DNA of 64,000 nucleotides from Longimicrobiales bacterium (GTDB lineage: Bacteria > Gemmatimonadota > Gemmatimonadetes > Longimicrobiales > Gaopeijiaceae): the NCBI GenBank assembly GCA_965238005.1, contig OZ250165.1, forward strand, positions 2,112,001 through 2,176,000, read 5' to 3'. The stretch's first letter is position 1; each line of letters begins with the position of its first letter. This document shows positions 29,716 through 40,592 of this stretch, in pieces. The notes beneath the pieces were generated by a model. The model was given only the letters and a program-made list of their open reading frames with translations, was not told the origin of the DNA and did no database searches. The position numbers and the translations under genes are program-made.

Positions 29716-31062
29716 TCACCCGATGGAGACCCCGGCCACCCCAGCCGATCGGCCGACGATGCCGTTGGCCCCCATCCATTCCGCCAAGACGGAGGCGGCA
29801 CGCTCGGCGAGCAACTCCCGCTTCTTCTTCTTGTCCTTCACCCGCCTGTCCAGCGGATCCACCAGACCCCAGTTGGAGTTCATGGGCTGGAAGCGGGAGG
29901 GCCGGCTCTCCCTCAGGTATCGGTACAGGCCCCCCAGCATGGTCGTGGGCGGGGGAACGACCGGCTCCTCACCCGAGAGCAGCCTCGCCAGGTTGATGCC
30001 CGCCAGGATCCCGCTGGCCGCCGATTCCGTATACCCCTCGACTCCCGTGAGCTGCCCGGCGAAGATCAGATCCGGTCGGTCCTTCAGCGAGCCGTACGAC
30101 GTGAGACAGCCGGGGAAGTTGAGGTAGGAGTTGCGGTGGATGGATCCCCAGCGCAGGAACTCGCACTCGGCGAGCCCGGGGATGAGCTGGAAGACCCTGC
30201 GCTGCTCTCCGATCCGTAGCCGGGTCTGGAAGCCCACCAGGTTCCACATCTGTCCCGCCCGGTCCTCGCGTCGCAACTGGACCACGGCGTAGGGGCGCTC
30301 CCCGGTACGGGGATCGGTGAGCCCGATGGGCTTCATGGGTCCGAAGCGAGGGGTGTCCTCGCCCCGGGACGCCATCACCTCGATGGGCAGGCAGCCCTCG
30401 AAGTAGGGGACCGCATCCCAGTCGTGCCCCTCGTGCACATCCCCTTCGATGAGAGCCTGCAGGAACTCCAGATACTCCTCTTTCGACATAGGACAGTTGA
30501 GGTAGTCGCTGTCCTCCTCGAAGCGGCCCCCCTCGAAGACCACACTCTCGTCCAGGGAGTCACGATGGACAATGGGTGCGATGGCGTCATAGAAGGCGAG
30601 CCCTTCGTCCCCGAGGACCTCCCGGATGGAGTCGCCCAGGGCGTCGGAGGTCAGGGGGCCGGTAGCGACCACGGCGGGCCCTTCGGGCAGCGTGGTGCAC
30701 TCCTCCCGTACGACCTCGATGTCGGGGTGTGAGGTGACGGCCCGGGTCATGGCCTGCGCAAAGAGAACCCGATCCACGGCCAGAGCCGAGCCGGCCGGGA
30801 CGCTGGTCCCGTCCGCCGATTCGAGGAGCACCGAACCCAAGGCGCGCATCTCCCTCTTGAGCTGCCCGTGGGCGTTCGCCGGGCTCTCGCTCTTGAACGA
30901 GTTCGTGCAGACCAGCTCACCGAGGTGATCGCTCCGGTGCGCCTCGGTCTTCCGGACCGGCCTCATCTCGCACAGGGTTACGGCATGCCCCCGGCTCGCC
31001 AGCTGTAGGGCGGCCTCACAGCCCGCAAGGCCACCTCCCACGACGACGACTGGTTCTCTCAC
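29716..31062 (-). CDS. trmFO: Methylenetetrahydrofolate--tRNA-(uracil-5)-methyltransferase
   Basis: GGGLAGCEAA, ELVCTNS, FYDAIAPI, YFEGCLPIE and GVEGY motifs. Confidence 0.95.
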   Translation of the reverse strand: MREPVVVVGGGLAGCEAALQLASRGHAVTLCEMRPVRKTEAHRSDHLGELVCTNSFKSESPANAHGQLKREMRALGSVLLESADGTSVPAGSALAVDRVLFAQAMTRAVTSHPDIEVVREECTTLPEGPAVVATGPLTSDALGDSIREVLGDEGLAFYDAIAPIVHRDSLDESVVFEGGRFEEDSDYLNCPMSKEEYLEFLQALIEGDVHEGHDWDAVPYFEGCLPIEVMASRGEDTPRFGPMKPIGLTDPRTGERPYAVVQLRREDRAGQMWNLVGFQTRLRIGEQRRVFQLIPGLAECEFLRWGSIHRNSYLNFPGCLTSYGSLKDRPDLIFAGQLTGVEGYTESAASGILAGINLARLLSGEEPVVPPPTTMLGGLYRYLRESRPSRFQPMNSNWGLVDPLDRRVKDKKKKRELLAERAASVLAEWMGANGIVGRSAGVAGVSIG

Positions 31063-31094
31063 AGCTCCGATCCGCTCAAACGGCTTTAGGCGAG

Positions 31095-33578
31095 CTATTT
31101 CTTGTGACGGCCGCGTCCGCGGCCGCCGGTCTTCTTCCTGGTGGCCGCCTGAGCGAGAAGTTCGACGGCCTCATCCATGGTCAGATCCTCTGGCTCCGTG
31201 CCCTTCCCGAGGCTCGCATTGACCTTTCCGTCGGTCACGTACGGGCCATAACGACCGGAAAGGACCTGCAGGTCGGCGCCTGACTCGGGATGTGCGCCGA
31301 GCTCACTGAGCACGGACCGGCCGGCCTTCTTCTGGTCGAGGAGCCGGACGGCCTCCTCGATTCCTACCGTAAACAGCTGGTCCTCACTGGTCAGGCTCGC
31401 GAAGGTCTTTCCTCGGCGCACGAAGGGTCCGTATCGGCCGAGGCCGGCCACCACCTCCTCACCCGTGTCGGGGTCGACGCCCACGGGCCGTGGCAGTGAC
31501 AGCAGGCGAAGGGCTTCACCGAGGTCCACGTCCTCGATCTTCTTGTCCTTGGGAAGGCTCGCACGCTTCGGTTTCTGGCCGTCTTCGCCCTCGCCCAGCT
31601 GAACGTACGGCCCGTAGGGACCCACCTTCGCGTATACGGCCAGACCCGTCGCCTCGTCGTTGCCCAGCACGAGCTCCTCAGCGGACCCGTCCAACGGACG
31701 GGTGCCCTTGCAGTCCGGAAATCCCGAGCATCCGAGGAAGCGGCCGAAGCGGTTCCAGCGAACCTGCATGGTGCGCCCGCACACTTCGCACGTCTCTCCC
31801 TCCGCTGCGAGGATCTCCTTGATGATCCCCTCGGAGCGAGCCTCACCGTGCTCGAGCTGGTCCTGGAAGGGCGGGTAGAACTCCCCGAGCAGGGCCTGCC
31901 ACTGGAGCTCCCCTTCCTCGACCCGGTCCAGCTCGTTCTCCATCCGGCTCGTGAAGTCCACGTCGAAGATGTTGGGAAACACCCGGACGAGGAGCTTCGA
32001 CACGGTGTCGCCGAGCGGTGTGGGGTAGAATCGCCGGTCCTCCAGATCCACGTATCCGCGATCCTGGATGGTGGAGATGATCTGCGCGTACGTGGAGGGG
32101 CGCCCGATTCCCAACTTCTCCAGCTCACGTACGAGGGAGGCCTCGCTGAACCGCGGCGCAGGCTGGGTGAAGTGCTGCCTGGGATCGATGCCGTCGAGGG
32201 AGGCCCGATCACCTACGTTCAGGTCCGGCAGCGGCTCCAGGTCGTCCAGCCGGCGATGCTCCCCGGCCTCGGTGGCCTCGAGGTAGAGGCGGGTGAAGCC
32301 CTGGAACTTCACGATGGATCCTGTAGCCCGGAAGAGATACCCGCGCCCACTGGCTCCCGTCAGGGGGAAATCCACCGTCGTCGTGTCGTGGACGGCGGGC
32401 GACATCTGGCTTGCGACAAAGCGAAGCCAGACGAGCTCGTATAGGCGAGCCGCATCGCCCTCCAGAAAGGGGCGTATCTCGTCGGGATGCAGCTCCACGT
32501 CGGTGGGCCGGATCGCCTCGTGGGCCTCCTGCGCCCCTTTCTGCTGCTTGCCTGCCCATAGCCTGGGCGTTGCAGGCACGTACTCATCACCGAACTCGCC
32601 GGTAACCCACCTGCGGGCCTGATTTACCGCCCCTCCCGACACCCTGGTGGAGTCCGTCCTCATGTACGTGATGAGCCCCACGGCGCCCCGGCCACCCAGC
32701 TCTATGCCCTCGTACAGCCGCTGGGCGTTGGTCATCGTGCGTCGCGCGGAGAAGCCGAGCCTCTTGGCCGCCTCCTGCTGAAGCGTCGACGTGATGAACG
32801 GCGGGGCCGGGTTCTTCCGCCGCTCTCTTCGCTTGACGTCGCCCACGCGGAAGTCGAGGCTCCGAACCTCTTCGGCGACCGCCGTGGCCGACTCCTCGTC
32901 GCCCAGCGTGAAGGCCTTGCCGTCGATCTTGTTGAGCTTTGCCTCGAAGGGCTTGTCGTCCTTGTGGAGCCGGGCCGTGATCGACCAGTACTCGTCGGAC
33001 TCGAAGCCCTGGATCTCGTCCTCGCGCTCGCAGATCAGCCTCAGCGCGACGGTCTGGACCCGCCCCGCCGAGAGCCCTGGGCGGATCGGCTTCCACAGGA
33101 AGGGGCTCACCTGATAGCCCACCAGGCGATCCAGAATCCGGCGAGCCTGCTGGGCCTCCACCTTCTGCATGTCCAGGTGCTCCGGACTCTCCAGAGCCCG
33201 CTGGACGGCTCCTTTGGTGATCTCCCGGAAGGTGACGCGCTGGAATCGGTCCTCGTGGCCCTCGAACCCGAGCTGCTGCGCCACGTGGTAGGCGATGGCC
33301 TCGCCCTCCCGATCAGGGTCGGTGGCAAGTATGATGCTCTCCGCGTTCTTGGCCTTGCCCTTGAGCTCCTGTAGGACCTTGCCCTTACCTCGGATCGTGA
33401 CGTACTTCGGCTTGAAGCCGCCCTCCACGTCCACGCCCAGCTCTTTTTTGGGCAGGTCACGCACATGACCCACCGAGGCGGCCACGTCGTAGTCGCTGCC
33501 AAGGAAACGGCCGATCGTCCTCGCCTTTGCGGGCGACTCGACGATGACCAGGTTTTTTCCTTTGCTTCGCGTCGTCAT
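31095..33578 (-). CDS. topA: DNA topoisomerase I
   Basis: LVIVESPAKA, ATDPDREGE, SAGRVQ, ITYMRTD and GIGRPSTY motifs; C-terminal GRYGPY repeats. Confidence 0.97.
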   Translation of the reverse strand: MTTRSKGKNLVIVESPAKARTIGRFLGSDYDVAASVGHVRDLPKKELGVDVEGGFKPKYVTIRGKGKVLQELKGKAKNAESIILATDPDREGEAIAYHVAQQLGFEGHEDRFQRVTFREITKGAVQRALESPEHLDMQKVEAQQARRILDRLVGYQVSPFLWKPIRPGLSAGRVQTVALRLICEREDEIQGFESDEYWSITARLHKDDKPFEAKLNKIDGKAFTLGDEESATAVAEEVRSLDFRVGDVKRRERRKNPAPPFITSTLQQEAAKRLGFSARRTMTNAQRLYEGIELGGRGAVGLITYMRTDSTRVSGGAVNQARRWVTGEFGDEYVPATPRLWAGKQQKGAQEAHEAIRPTDVELHPDEIRPFLEGDAARLYELVWLRFVASQMSPAVHDTTTVDFPLTGASGRGYLFRATGSIVKFQGFTRLYLEATEAGEHRRLDDLEPLPDLNVGDRASLDGIDPRQHFTQPAPRFSEASLVRELEKLGIGRPSTYAQIISTIQDRGYVDLEDRRFYPTPLGDTVSKLLVRVFPNIFDVDFTSRMENELDRVEEGELQWQALLGEFYPPFQDQLEHGEARSEGIIKEILAAEGETCEVCGRTMQVRWNRFGRFLGCSGFPDCKGTRPLDGSAEELVLGNDEATGLAVYAKVGPYGPYVQLGEGEDGQKPKRASLPKDKKIEDVDLGEALRLLSLPRPVGVDPDTGEEVVAGLGRYGPFVRRGKTFASLTSEDQLFTVGIEEAVRLLDQKKAGRSVLSELGAHPESGADLQVLSGRYGPYVTDGKVNASLGKGTEPEDLTMDEAVELLAQAATRKKTGGRGRGRHKK

Positions 33579-34115
33579 CTATCCTTGGTCGGCTTCACCG
33601 CGAACGATCTTCATGATTTTCGTGGCCAATGTGGCCGGGTCATCCTTATCCGAGTCGAGGACGATCCGTGCTCGCCTGTAGGAGCCCTCACGCTGCTCCA
33701 GGAGCTCGACAGCGCGGCCCAGCGGGTCCTGGACCGCCAGGAGCGGCCGAACCGCACCCTCGCTGGATGCGCGTCGAACCGCAACCCCCGGCGACACTCG
33801 CAACCACACGCTGAGCGTGCCCCGCGGTACCGCTTCCCAGCTTCCCTGCTGGGCGGGCCAGCCGCCTCCGGTGGCCAAAACCGCGCGTTCCAGAACGAGC
33901 AGCTCTCCTGCCACGTCCGCCTCGAGCCGGCGGAAGTGCTCCTCGCCCTCTCGGTCGAAGATCTCGGAGACGGCGACTCCGGCCCGGTCCTCTATGACGG
34001 AGTCGAAGTCGTGGAATTCCCACTCCAGTAGCGCCGCCAATTCCCGTCCCACGCTGGTCTTCCCGCTGGCCATGAACCCGACCAGCAGAACACGGCGGAG
34101 AGCCTCACCGGCCAC
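33579..34115 (-). CDS. aroK: Shikimate kinase
   Basis: GFMASGKT, EGEEHFRRLE, ATGGG and RPLL motifs. Confidence 0.93.
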   Translation of the reverse strand: MAGEALRRVLLVGFMASGKTSVGRELAALLEWEFHDFDSVIEDRAGVAVSEIFDREGEEHFRRLEADVAGELLVLERAVLATGGGWPAQQGSWEAVPRGTLSVWLRVSPGVAVRRASSEGAVRPLLAVQDPLGRAVELLEQREGSYRRARIVLDSDKDDPATLATKIMKIVRGEADQG

Positions 34116-35313
34116 CGTACCCGCGCTCGCTCAGGTACGCGACATAGGAATCGAAGTTCCGGCGGATCTCGCTCATGGCGTCTCCGCCGAACTTCTCCAG
34201 GAACGCGTCGGCAAGGACGAGCGCCACCATGGCCTCGCCCACCACCGCCGCGGCCGGCACCGCGCACACGTCACTTCTCTCCACGGCCGCATCCGCGGCG
34301 GACCCGTCACGCATATCCACGCTGGGCAAGCGTTTCCTCAGCGTCGAGATGGGCTTCATCGCCGCCCGGACGACCAGCGGCTCCCCTGTCGTGACGCCCC
34401 CCTCCAGACCCCCGGCCCGATTCGATGCGCGACCGATGCCGCCGGCCCGGTGGGCGTCCTCGTCCGTGACGATGGGGTCGTGCACCTGTGAACCCGGGCG
34501 CCGAGCTTCCTTGAAGCCCGCCCCGATCTCCACACCCTTGATGGCCTGGATGGATATGACCGCGCCCGCCAAGCGTCCGTCGAGCTTGGCGTCGTAGGAG
34601 ACGTAGCTGCCGAGGCCGGCCGGAAGGCCCTGAGCGACGATCTCGAAGATGCCTCCCAGCGTGTCGCCATCCTCTTTCGCCTGGTCGATGGCTCCCATCA
34701 TCTTCTCCGTAGCCTCGTCATCCAGCGTTCGGAGTGGCGAAGAGTCCACGGCTGCGTTCAGATCTTCCGGTAGCTCGGACGGAGTCTCGGCCTCCACGGA
34801 GCCGATGGAGGTGACGTGACTCCCGATCCTCACGCCGAACTGCGCCAACAGCGTCTTGCACACCGCACCGCACGCCACCCTGGCAGCCGTCTCGCGAGCG
34901 CTGGCTCGCTCGAGGATGTCCCGCGTGTCTCGACGGTCGTACTTGAGAAGGCCCACCAGATCGGCGTGTCCCGGTCTCGGCAGATACAGGGACCGCAGTG
35001 CCTTGGGATTACCTTCGGGATCGGGAGGTAGGGGAGACATGGCCTCCTGCCAGTTCTCCCAGTCCCGGTTCCAGATGACCATGGAAATGGGGGATCCGAG
35101 AGTCTCCCCCAGACGCACCCCGGAAAGGAGCTCGGCTCGATCCGACTCGATCTGCATGCGACGTCCGCGGCCGTACCCTCCCTGGCGTCGCTTGAGCTCG
35201 GGGTCCACATCCCGCTCCATCTCCAGGGAGAGTCCCGCGGGAATCCCCTCCAGGATGGTGGTGAGCCCACGGCCGTGGGACTCTCCTGCCGTACGGAATG
35301 ACACACGTCTCAT
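34105..35313 (-). CDS. aroC: Chorismate synthase
   Basis: TAGESHG, PRPGHAD, ERASARETA, MKPISTL and RSDVCAVP motifs. Confidence 0.97.
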   Translation of the reverse strand: MRRVSFRTAGESHGRGLTTILEGIPAGLSLEMERDVDPELKRRQGGYGRGRRMQIESDRAELLSGVRLGETLGSPISMVIWNRDWENWQEAMSPLPPDPEGNPKALRSLYLPRPGHADLVGLLKYDRRDTRDILERASARETAARVACGAVCKTLLAQFGVRIGSHVTSIGSVEAETPSELPEDLNAAVDSSPLRTLDDEATEKMMGAIDQAKEDGDTLGGIFEIVAQGLPAGLGSYVSYDAKLDGRLAGAVISIQAIKGVEIGAGFKEARRPGSQVHDPIVTDEDAHRAGGIGRASNRAGGLEGGVTTGEPLVVRAAMKPISTLRKRLPSVDMRDGSAADAAVERSDVCAVPAAAVVGEAMVALVLADAFLEKFGGDAMSEIRRNFDSYVAYLSERGYGGR

Positions 35314-35409
35314 CTTAACCCCACTCCCTCATCAAGCTTCTATTGGCTCCCAACAGGTCCCAGAATCCGGGACACGGACCGGAATGGCGCGTGCAACGAT
35401 AAAGGGAAA

Positions 35410-35435
35410 CCCCGGTGGGCGTCTACCCACCGGGG
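35410..35435 (-). terminator. Rho-independent terminator downstream of the pil operon
   Basis: ccccggtggg-cgtcta-cccaccgggg stem followed by TTTCCCTTT on the minus strand. Confidence 0.65.
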
Positions 35436-35642
35436 CTCCTACTCCAGGGAAAGGATCCGCCTAGTGTTCCGTTTCCGAAGTTCGCGAGCCACCAAGAGGG
35501 TCGGGGCGCCGTGGGATCAAGGCGGGACGACGCGGCGTAGCGCAAGCGGGCACCGCGCGAAGCGTGGTCGCAAGGAGTCCCAACGCCGAGCCCACGGATG
35601 CACCGTGCCCTCGACTGGCCGAGACACTTTGGTAACGGGACA

Positions 35643-38384
35643 CTAGTTCCTGGACGGATGGTCCCTCAGTAGATCACTCTTGCGGACATCCACCACCACC
35701 ACACCACCAGCGTCAGTGATTCCCACCAGCTTCACCACGACGCACGAATCCTCGGTGGGCCCGCCACTGGCGGGATGGGGGATGTTGAAGTCTCCGCCCG
35801 CATAGACTTCGACCGCACTACCGATGGTGTTGCCCGCCTGATCGGTGACAGTCGTCATGGCACACGTGAAGCTCGCGTTGTCCTGCGGGAAGGGCAGCAC
35901 GGCCCGGAGCGGTCCGGACGGCACGTCCTTGAGAAAGATCCGGCCGGAGCGGAAGAAGTGGAACGTGTCGATGATGTCGATGGACCGATCACCGGTTCCT
36001 ACGAATGCCAAGTGGGTATCAGGGCGATACACTCCGCCGGTGTTCTGCAGGGACTTGGCGTTCGCGTGCAGCGGGTGCAATACCGCACCGGCGCCACCGA
36101 GCGGCAGGTCGCCGACACCTTGCAATCGAAGATCCGTGGTGAAGAAGTACGCGTTCTGGCCCCGCGCTACGCCCAGCGTTCCATCGTAGTTGAGCCCTAT
36201 GCCGCGTACCGTTTCACTGGCATTCACCATGAGGTCGTCGACCTCGATGGTGGTGCTGATGGCATCCTGCGCCGCCTCGTACATGATGATCCGTCCGACC
36301 GGGTCCGTGGACCCTTCTCCAAAGACGACCCAGCCGCCATCGCCCGACGCCGAAACGAAGGTGGTGTCGTGGAAGCCGAGGTTCGGAACGCTCCACTTCC
36401 CCGCCCGGGAGATGGCGTCCGACCCGAGGCCCTGGACCTGGGTCGTTGCCAGCGCCGCCGTTCCGTCGAGGCCGACGATGAGCGTGCTCAGGTCACCGGG
36501 GGTGTGATCTTGCACCTGCACGGAGTCGTCACCGGCTCCTTGCACCGCGAAAACGAGATCCGAGTGGGCGACGCCCGTGAAGTCCGCATTCTCCTCCATG
36601 GCGGCGTGCTGGACGAAGATCTTGATCTCGACGTCACCACCTCCCGCCGGGACGGCAGCCTTGCGGATCGTGCCGAAGTCGCCGAGCAGCGTCGTCTTCG
36701 TCGAGTAGAGGACCCTACCTGTGGAGTCCACCGCGATGAACTGTGGGCGGTCACTGAATCCCGGCGGCTCTGCAGTCGGAACGGGGGAAACGTTGTACCG
36801 AATGAAGAGGGCGTCGTCGAGTATGGTCTCGACGTTGAAGAGGACTACGTCGGGGGTCAGGAGGCGGGTCAACGGATCCTCGATTGGCACGTCACTTCCG
36901 TCGGTAGCGCCGAGCCGGACCATGGAGACGTTGGTGCCGCCCGAATTGGCCACCAGGAGAGTGTCTCTCCCCCGGTTGAGCGTGAGCCCCCAAGGCTCCG
37001 ACCCCACGGCCGCCGCCACCTCGAACGTCTCGTCCTGGAGTCGGAAGATCTCGATCCGATCCCGGTCGATGTTCGACAGGTAGAGTTTGCGACGGGTCGT
37101 GTCCACGACGGCGTCCATGATCTGACCGCCGGTGGGGAGCTGAACGGTACGGCCCGCGACGATGACGGTCGTACGCCGGTCTCCCGGATTGTTCTGCGAA
37201 ACCGTCGCGCCACCCAGGGTTCCGCACGCCAGCGTAACCAGTGAGTCCGGTCCCACGGACGTAGAGCAGTTGCCCTGCTGGTCCCTGACGAAAGCCGTCA
37301 CCTCGAAGACGAGGGTGTCGGGCAGCGCCAGGGAGTCGGCGTTGAAGACCTGGATGTTGAACGTCTGGGTCGTATTCCCGACGCGGGGTGTAGCGAACGT
37401 GACGCTCTCGGTCTGGATCAGCGTGTCACCGCGCGTGGCCGAGATGGCGAGGGCCGTGTACCCCATCTGCGTGACGCCGTCCCCGAGGACGTCGTCGCGC
37501 GCCTTCACTTCCACCGTGAGGCCGTCCTGTAGCTCCAGTCGGTCCGCGGAAGTCAGCGTCAGCTGTGCGCCGGCTCGGATCGTGTCGCCCGAGCCACCGA
37601 TGATGATCTCCACCTCGAACGGACCGTCATTGCCCGGGACACCCAGCGTGTTCAAGGCCCTCCCCTGCACGGTGATCGTCCCCGTGATTCCGGGCGGAAT
37701 GAACACCACCGTATCGAGCACGGCGAGCGTATCAACCGGGCTAACAGGCTGACTGATGGTCGCCTGGACCGCCCCCCTCACGAAGAGCTCCACCAGCCGG
37801 ATCCCGAGCGGATCCGACGCCCGCACGGTCAGGGGCAGATTGGCCCCGGCCGGCACCACCTCCACCAGATCCTCGAGATCGACCTGGGGACCGCCCAACG
37901 TGAGCGGGAGGGTATCGGCGGCGGAGTTCCCCAAGGTATCGACGGCCGTGACGATGATGTTCGTCTCCTCCTTGATCGTGTCGGAGGTGGCGATCAGCCA
38001 GCGGCTGACGATCGTATCCTTTGCGGGGTTGAGCAGCTGTACGACCTTCGTCTCGAAGCGTGGAACGACCTCGTCCGTGCCCAAATTCACGTCTCCGCGG
38101 AAGGAGAGGCCCTCGAACTGGAGGATCGCGAGGCCCGCATCGTCGGTAGCCTGCACGATGACCAGAACCGAGTCGCCCAGGGGCGCCGCGGCGGAGTCTC
38201 CGGGGGTCTGGATGATCACCGTCGGGGCGCCACAGTCCACTTGCTGCGTGAGGGACGGACCCACGAATAGGTTCTGTCCGTCACAAGCCAACATCACAAG
38301 GCCGGCAGCGAGCCCTCCGAGCAGGCCCTTCAGACTTCTCTTATTCGTTCGTAGACGAAGCATCAGACGTCTCCCTCGCACCAC
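35643..38384 (-). CDS. Large lipoprotein with Ig-like modules and a beta-propeller (YncE-like) region
   Basis: Lipobox MLAC; repeated ATDDAG/ASDPLG Ig-like motifs; LYLSN and VGSEPWG...LLVANSG propeller motifs; directly after pilQ. Confidence 0.7.
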   Translation of the reverse strand: MVRGRRLMLRLRTNKRSLKGLLGGLAAGLVMLACDGQNLFVGPSLTQQVDCGAPTVIIQTPGDSAAAPLGDSVLVIVQATDDAGLAILQFEGLSFRGDVNLGTDEVVPRFETKVVQLLNPAKDTIVSRWLIATSDTIKEETNIIVTAVDTLGNSAADTLPLTLGGPQVDLEDLVEVVPAGANLPLTVRASDPLGIRLVELFVRGAVQATISQPVSPVDTLAVLDTVVFIPPGITGTITVQGRALNTLGVPGNDGPFEVEIIIGGSGDTIRAGAQLTLTSADRLELQDGLTVEVKARDDVLGDGVTQMGYTALAISATRGDTLIQTESVTFATPRVGNTTQTFNIQVFNADSLALPDTLVFEVTAFVRDQQGNCSTSVGPDSLVTLACGTLGGATVSQNNPGDRRTTVIVAGRTVQLPTGGQIMDAVVDTTRRKLYLSNIDRDRIEIFRLQDETFEVAAAVGSEPWGLTLNRGRDTLLVANSGGTNVSMVRLGATDGSDVPIEDPLTRLLTPDVVLFNVETILDDALFIRYNVSPVPTAEPPGFSDRPQFIAVDSTGRVLYSTKTTLLGDFGTIRKAAVPAGGGDVEIKIFVQHAAMEENADFTGVAHSDLVFAVQGAGDDSVQVQDHTPGDLSTLIVGLDGTAALATTQVQGLGSDAISRAGKWSVPNLGFHDTTFVSASGDGGWVVFGEGSTDPVGRIIMYEAAQDAISTTIEVDDLMVNASETVRGIGLNYDGTLGVARGQNAYFFTTDLRLQGVGDLPLGGAGAVLHPLHANAKSLQNTGGVYRPDTHLAFVGTGDRSIDIIDTFHFFRSGRIFLKDVPSGPLRAVLPFPQDNASFTCAMTTVTDQAGNTIGSAVEVYAGGDFNIPHPASGGPTEDSCVVVKLVGITDAGGVVVVDVRKSDLLRDHPSRN

Positions 38385-38388
38385 GGGA

Positions 38389-40110
38389 TCAGTTGAAATC
38401 CCCGCGGACGATGTGCGGCGTCACCAATATCATGAGGTCCCGCTGGATTTGAGATTCCGTGGTCACGCGGAACAGGCGACCGATGAGGGGAAGGTCCATG
38501 AGGAGCGGGATGCCCGAGCGGACCTCCGCGAGCTCGGTCACGGTGAGTCCCCCGATCACCACCGTCTCGCCGTCTCGGACGAGGACCCTCGTGTCGGCGT
38601 TCTGGGTCCGGAAGATCAAGCCGATCTCGGACTCCGCCACGTCGGCGGCCGAGCGCTCGGCATGGATGGTCAGAAGGATGTGATCGTCCCCCGTGATGTG
38701 GGGAGTGGCCTCCAGGATGATCCCCGTCTCCTCGAACTGGACGGTGGCCGTGGGGAAGCCACCGTCCGCGGCTCCACCGGCGGCCGCGTCGATGACCCGG
38801 ATGGGGGTCCGCTCACCGACCTGGAGGCGCGCCTGCTGATTGTCTGCCACCGTCACGGACGGCGCCGCCTGGATGTCGGAGAGGTTCGAGGACTCGAGGG
38901 CCTCGATGAAGTTGAGCAGCGTATGGCGCCCGATCACCAGCGAGGTGAGCAACCGCAAGCTCGGACTCGCGATCCGTGCACTGGCGTTGCCGAGGGCCGC
39001 AATCGAGTTGCCGCCCAGCGTGAAGACATTCGTGCCGATGTCCACCTGTTCGCTCTCGCCGTCCCGATCGAGGTCGGCCTCACCCGGGGCGATCACGTTG
39101 AGCTGGTTCCCCCGCGAATCCTTGAGCTCGTACGTCACTCCCAGCTCGGCCAGCTGGGTCCGGTTCACGAAGATGATCTTGGCCGAGATCATGACCTGGG
39201 GTATGGGCACGTCCAGACTCACGATCAAGCCACTGATGGCATCATGAACCCGACGGATGTCTGTGACGATCACCGTGTTGGTGGCCGGGGCCTCGGCCAC
39301 CTGGCCACGCTCCGTGATGAGCAGGCCGATGGCCAGGGCCATCTCCGAAGAGGTTCCGTAGCTGATCCGGTATGGGACGGTCTCCAAGGGCTCGATGGCC
39401 TCCCGCGTGTTCATGTTCTCGATCCCGTCAACCCGGATGATGCCGTTGTCGTCCTCGATGGCGATGAGCCCTCGCGATTGGAGGATCACCTCCAACGCGT
39501 CGTCCCAGGCCTGGTCCCGAATGTCCGCCGTGACCGCTCCGACCACGGCACTCCCCGCCACGATGGACTTGCCGGAGAACTCAGAGAAGGTGAAGAGCAC
39601 GTCATCGATGGGCGTGTTGTCGAACGAGATGGAGATCCGTCGGGAGACCTCCTGCACCATCGGCAGCTCCTCCACCACGACCGGAGCCTGGTTGACGATC
39701 ATGGCGGGAGACGAGAAGAGCTCCAGCGTCTCCCACGGGTCGAAGGATCCACTGTTATTCTCCAGCGAGATCCGCACCGCGCCGTCGGAAGCCTCCACCA
39801 CGTAACCGGTGGTGTGCTCCAGCTCCACCACCACGCGGACGATGTCTTCGGCGTATTGGCTGGTGCGAACGGCCACCACGCCACCACGGTTTATGCCCAG
39901 GAAGTCTTCCTGGGGAAGGGCGTGCTTGGCATTCATGATATCCAGCACAATCCGCGACGGGCCCTCCATGCTGAACGCCCGGTAGGACACCGCACCCTCC
40001 ACCGACACCAGGACCTCGGTGCGGTTCAGGTTCGGAACGATGCTCAAGGCGGTGACAGGATCACCGGCCGTCAAGAGCACACCAGCCAGTACAGCCAGAA
40101 TGGAACTCAT
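38389..40110 (-). CDS. pilQ: Type IV pilus secretin with AMIN domain
   Basis: AMIN domain (PSRIVLDI, VRVVVEL); LDVPIPQVMISAKI, GETVVIGGL and IPLLMDLPLIGRLF secretin motifs. Confidence 0.92.
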   Translation of the reverse strand: MSSILAVLAGVLLTAGDPVTALSIVPNLNRTEVLVSVEGAVSYRAFSMEGPSRIVLDIMNAKHALPQEDFLGINRGGVVAVRTSQYAEDIVRVVVELEHTTGYVVEASDGAVRISLENNSGSFDPWETLELFSSPAMIVNQAPVVVEELPMVQEVSRRISISFDNTPIDDVLFTFSEFSGKSIVAGSAVVGAVTADIRDQAWDDALEVILQSRGLIAIEDDNGIIRVDGIENMNTREAIEPLETVPYRISYGTSSEMALAIGLLITERGQVAEAPATNTVIVTDIRRVHDAISGLIVSLDVPIPQVMISAKIIFVNRTQLAELGVTYELKDSRGNQLNVIAPGEADLDRDGESEQVDIGTNVFTLGGNSIAALGNASARIASPSLRLLTSLVIGRHTLLNFIEALESSNLSDIQAAPSVTVADNQQARLQVGERTPIRVIDAAAGGAADGGFPTATVQFEETGIILEATPHITGDDHILLTIHAERSAADVAESEIGLIFRTQNADTRVLVRDGETVVIGGLTVTELAEVRSGIPLLMDLPLIGRLFRVTTESQIQRDLMILVTPHIVRGDFN

Positions 40111-40592
40111 TCAGGGCCTCCTTGGCCCGCGGTGCGGTTCGGCAATGCGATGGTTCGTGTTTCGGTGACTCCGAACTGCTCCACCGCCACCACCACGTGG
40201 TGACGTTGGATCTCCCGGATCGTCGTGTTCCCCACGGTCTCCCCGACTCGAAGGCGATAGGTCACCCCGGTCACCTCGACCGAGGTCTCGGTCTCCGAGA
40301 CCGTGGTTCTCGTCCCCTCGCCGAAGATCACCAGACTGTTCTCTTCATCGGGCGCGTACAGAATCCCGAGAAGAACGAGACGCTCGAAGCGAGGCCCCCC
40401 ACCCTCGGCGGACAGGAGAGGCGCAAAGGGGTTCCGACGTGCGTATTGGGGATAGGTGAAGACCTCCCGCTCGAACGAGAGCTCCGTCGTGTCCTGTGAC
40501 GCGGGCGGCGGGTTCTGCGCCCAGACGGGGCAGGGCATCACCGCGGCGAGCACGGCAACGAGGATGACTCGCAGAAGGAGCCTACCGATCAT
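40107..40592 (-). CDS. pilP: PilP-like pilus assembly protein
   Basis: RRNPFAPL motif; lies between pilO and pilQ. Confidence 0.65.
   Translation of the reverse strand: MIGRLLLRVILVAVLAAVMPCPVWAQNPPPASQDTTELSFEREVFTYPQYARRNPFAPLLSAEGGGPRFERLVLLGILYAPDEENSLVIFGEGTRTTVSETETSVEVTGVTYRLRVGETVGNTTIREIQRHHVVVAVEQFGVTETRTIALPNRTAGQGGPE

Noticed and set aside
37756..40203. Long antisense ORFs (815 aa here; also 3844..5694, 15816..17306, 26627..28012)
   Set aside because: Shadow frames opposite well-supported genes, as expected in high-GC DNA.
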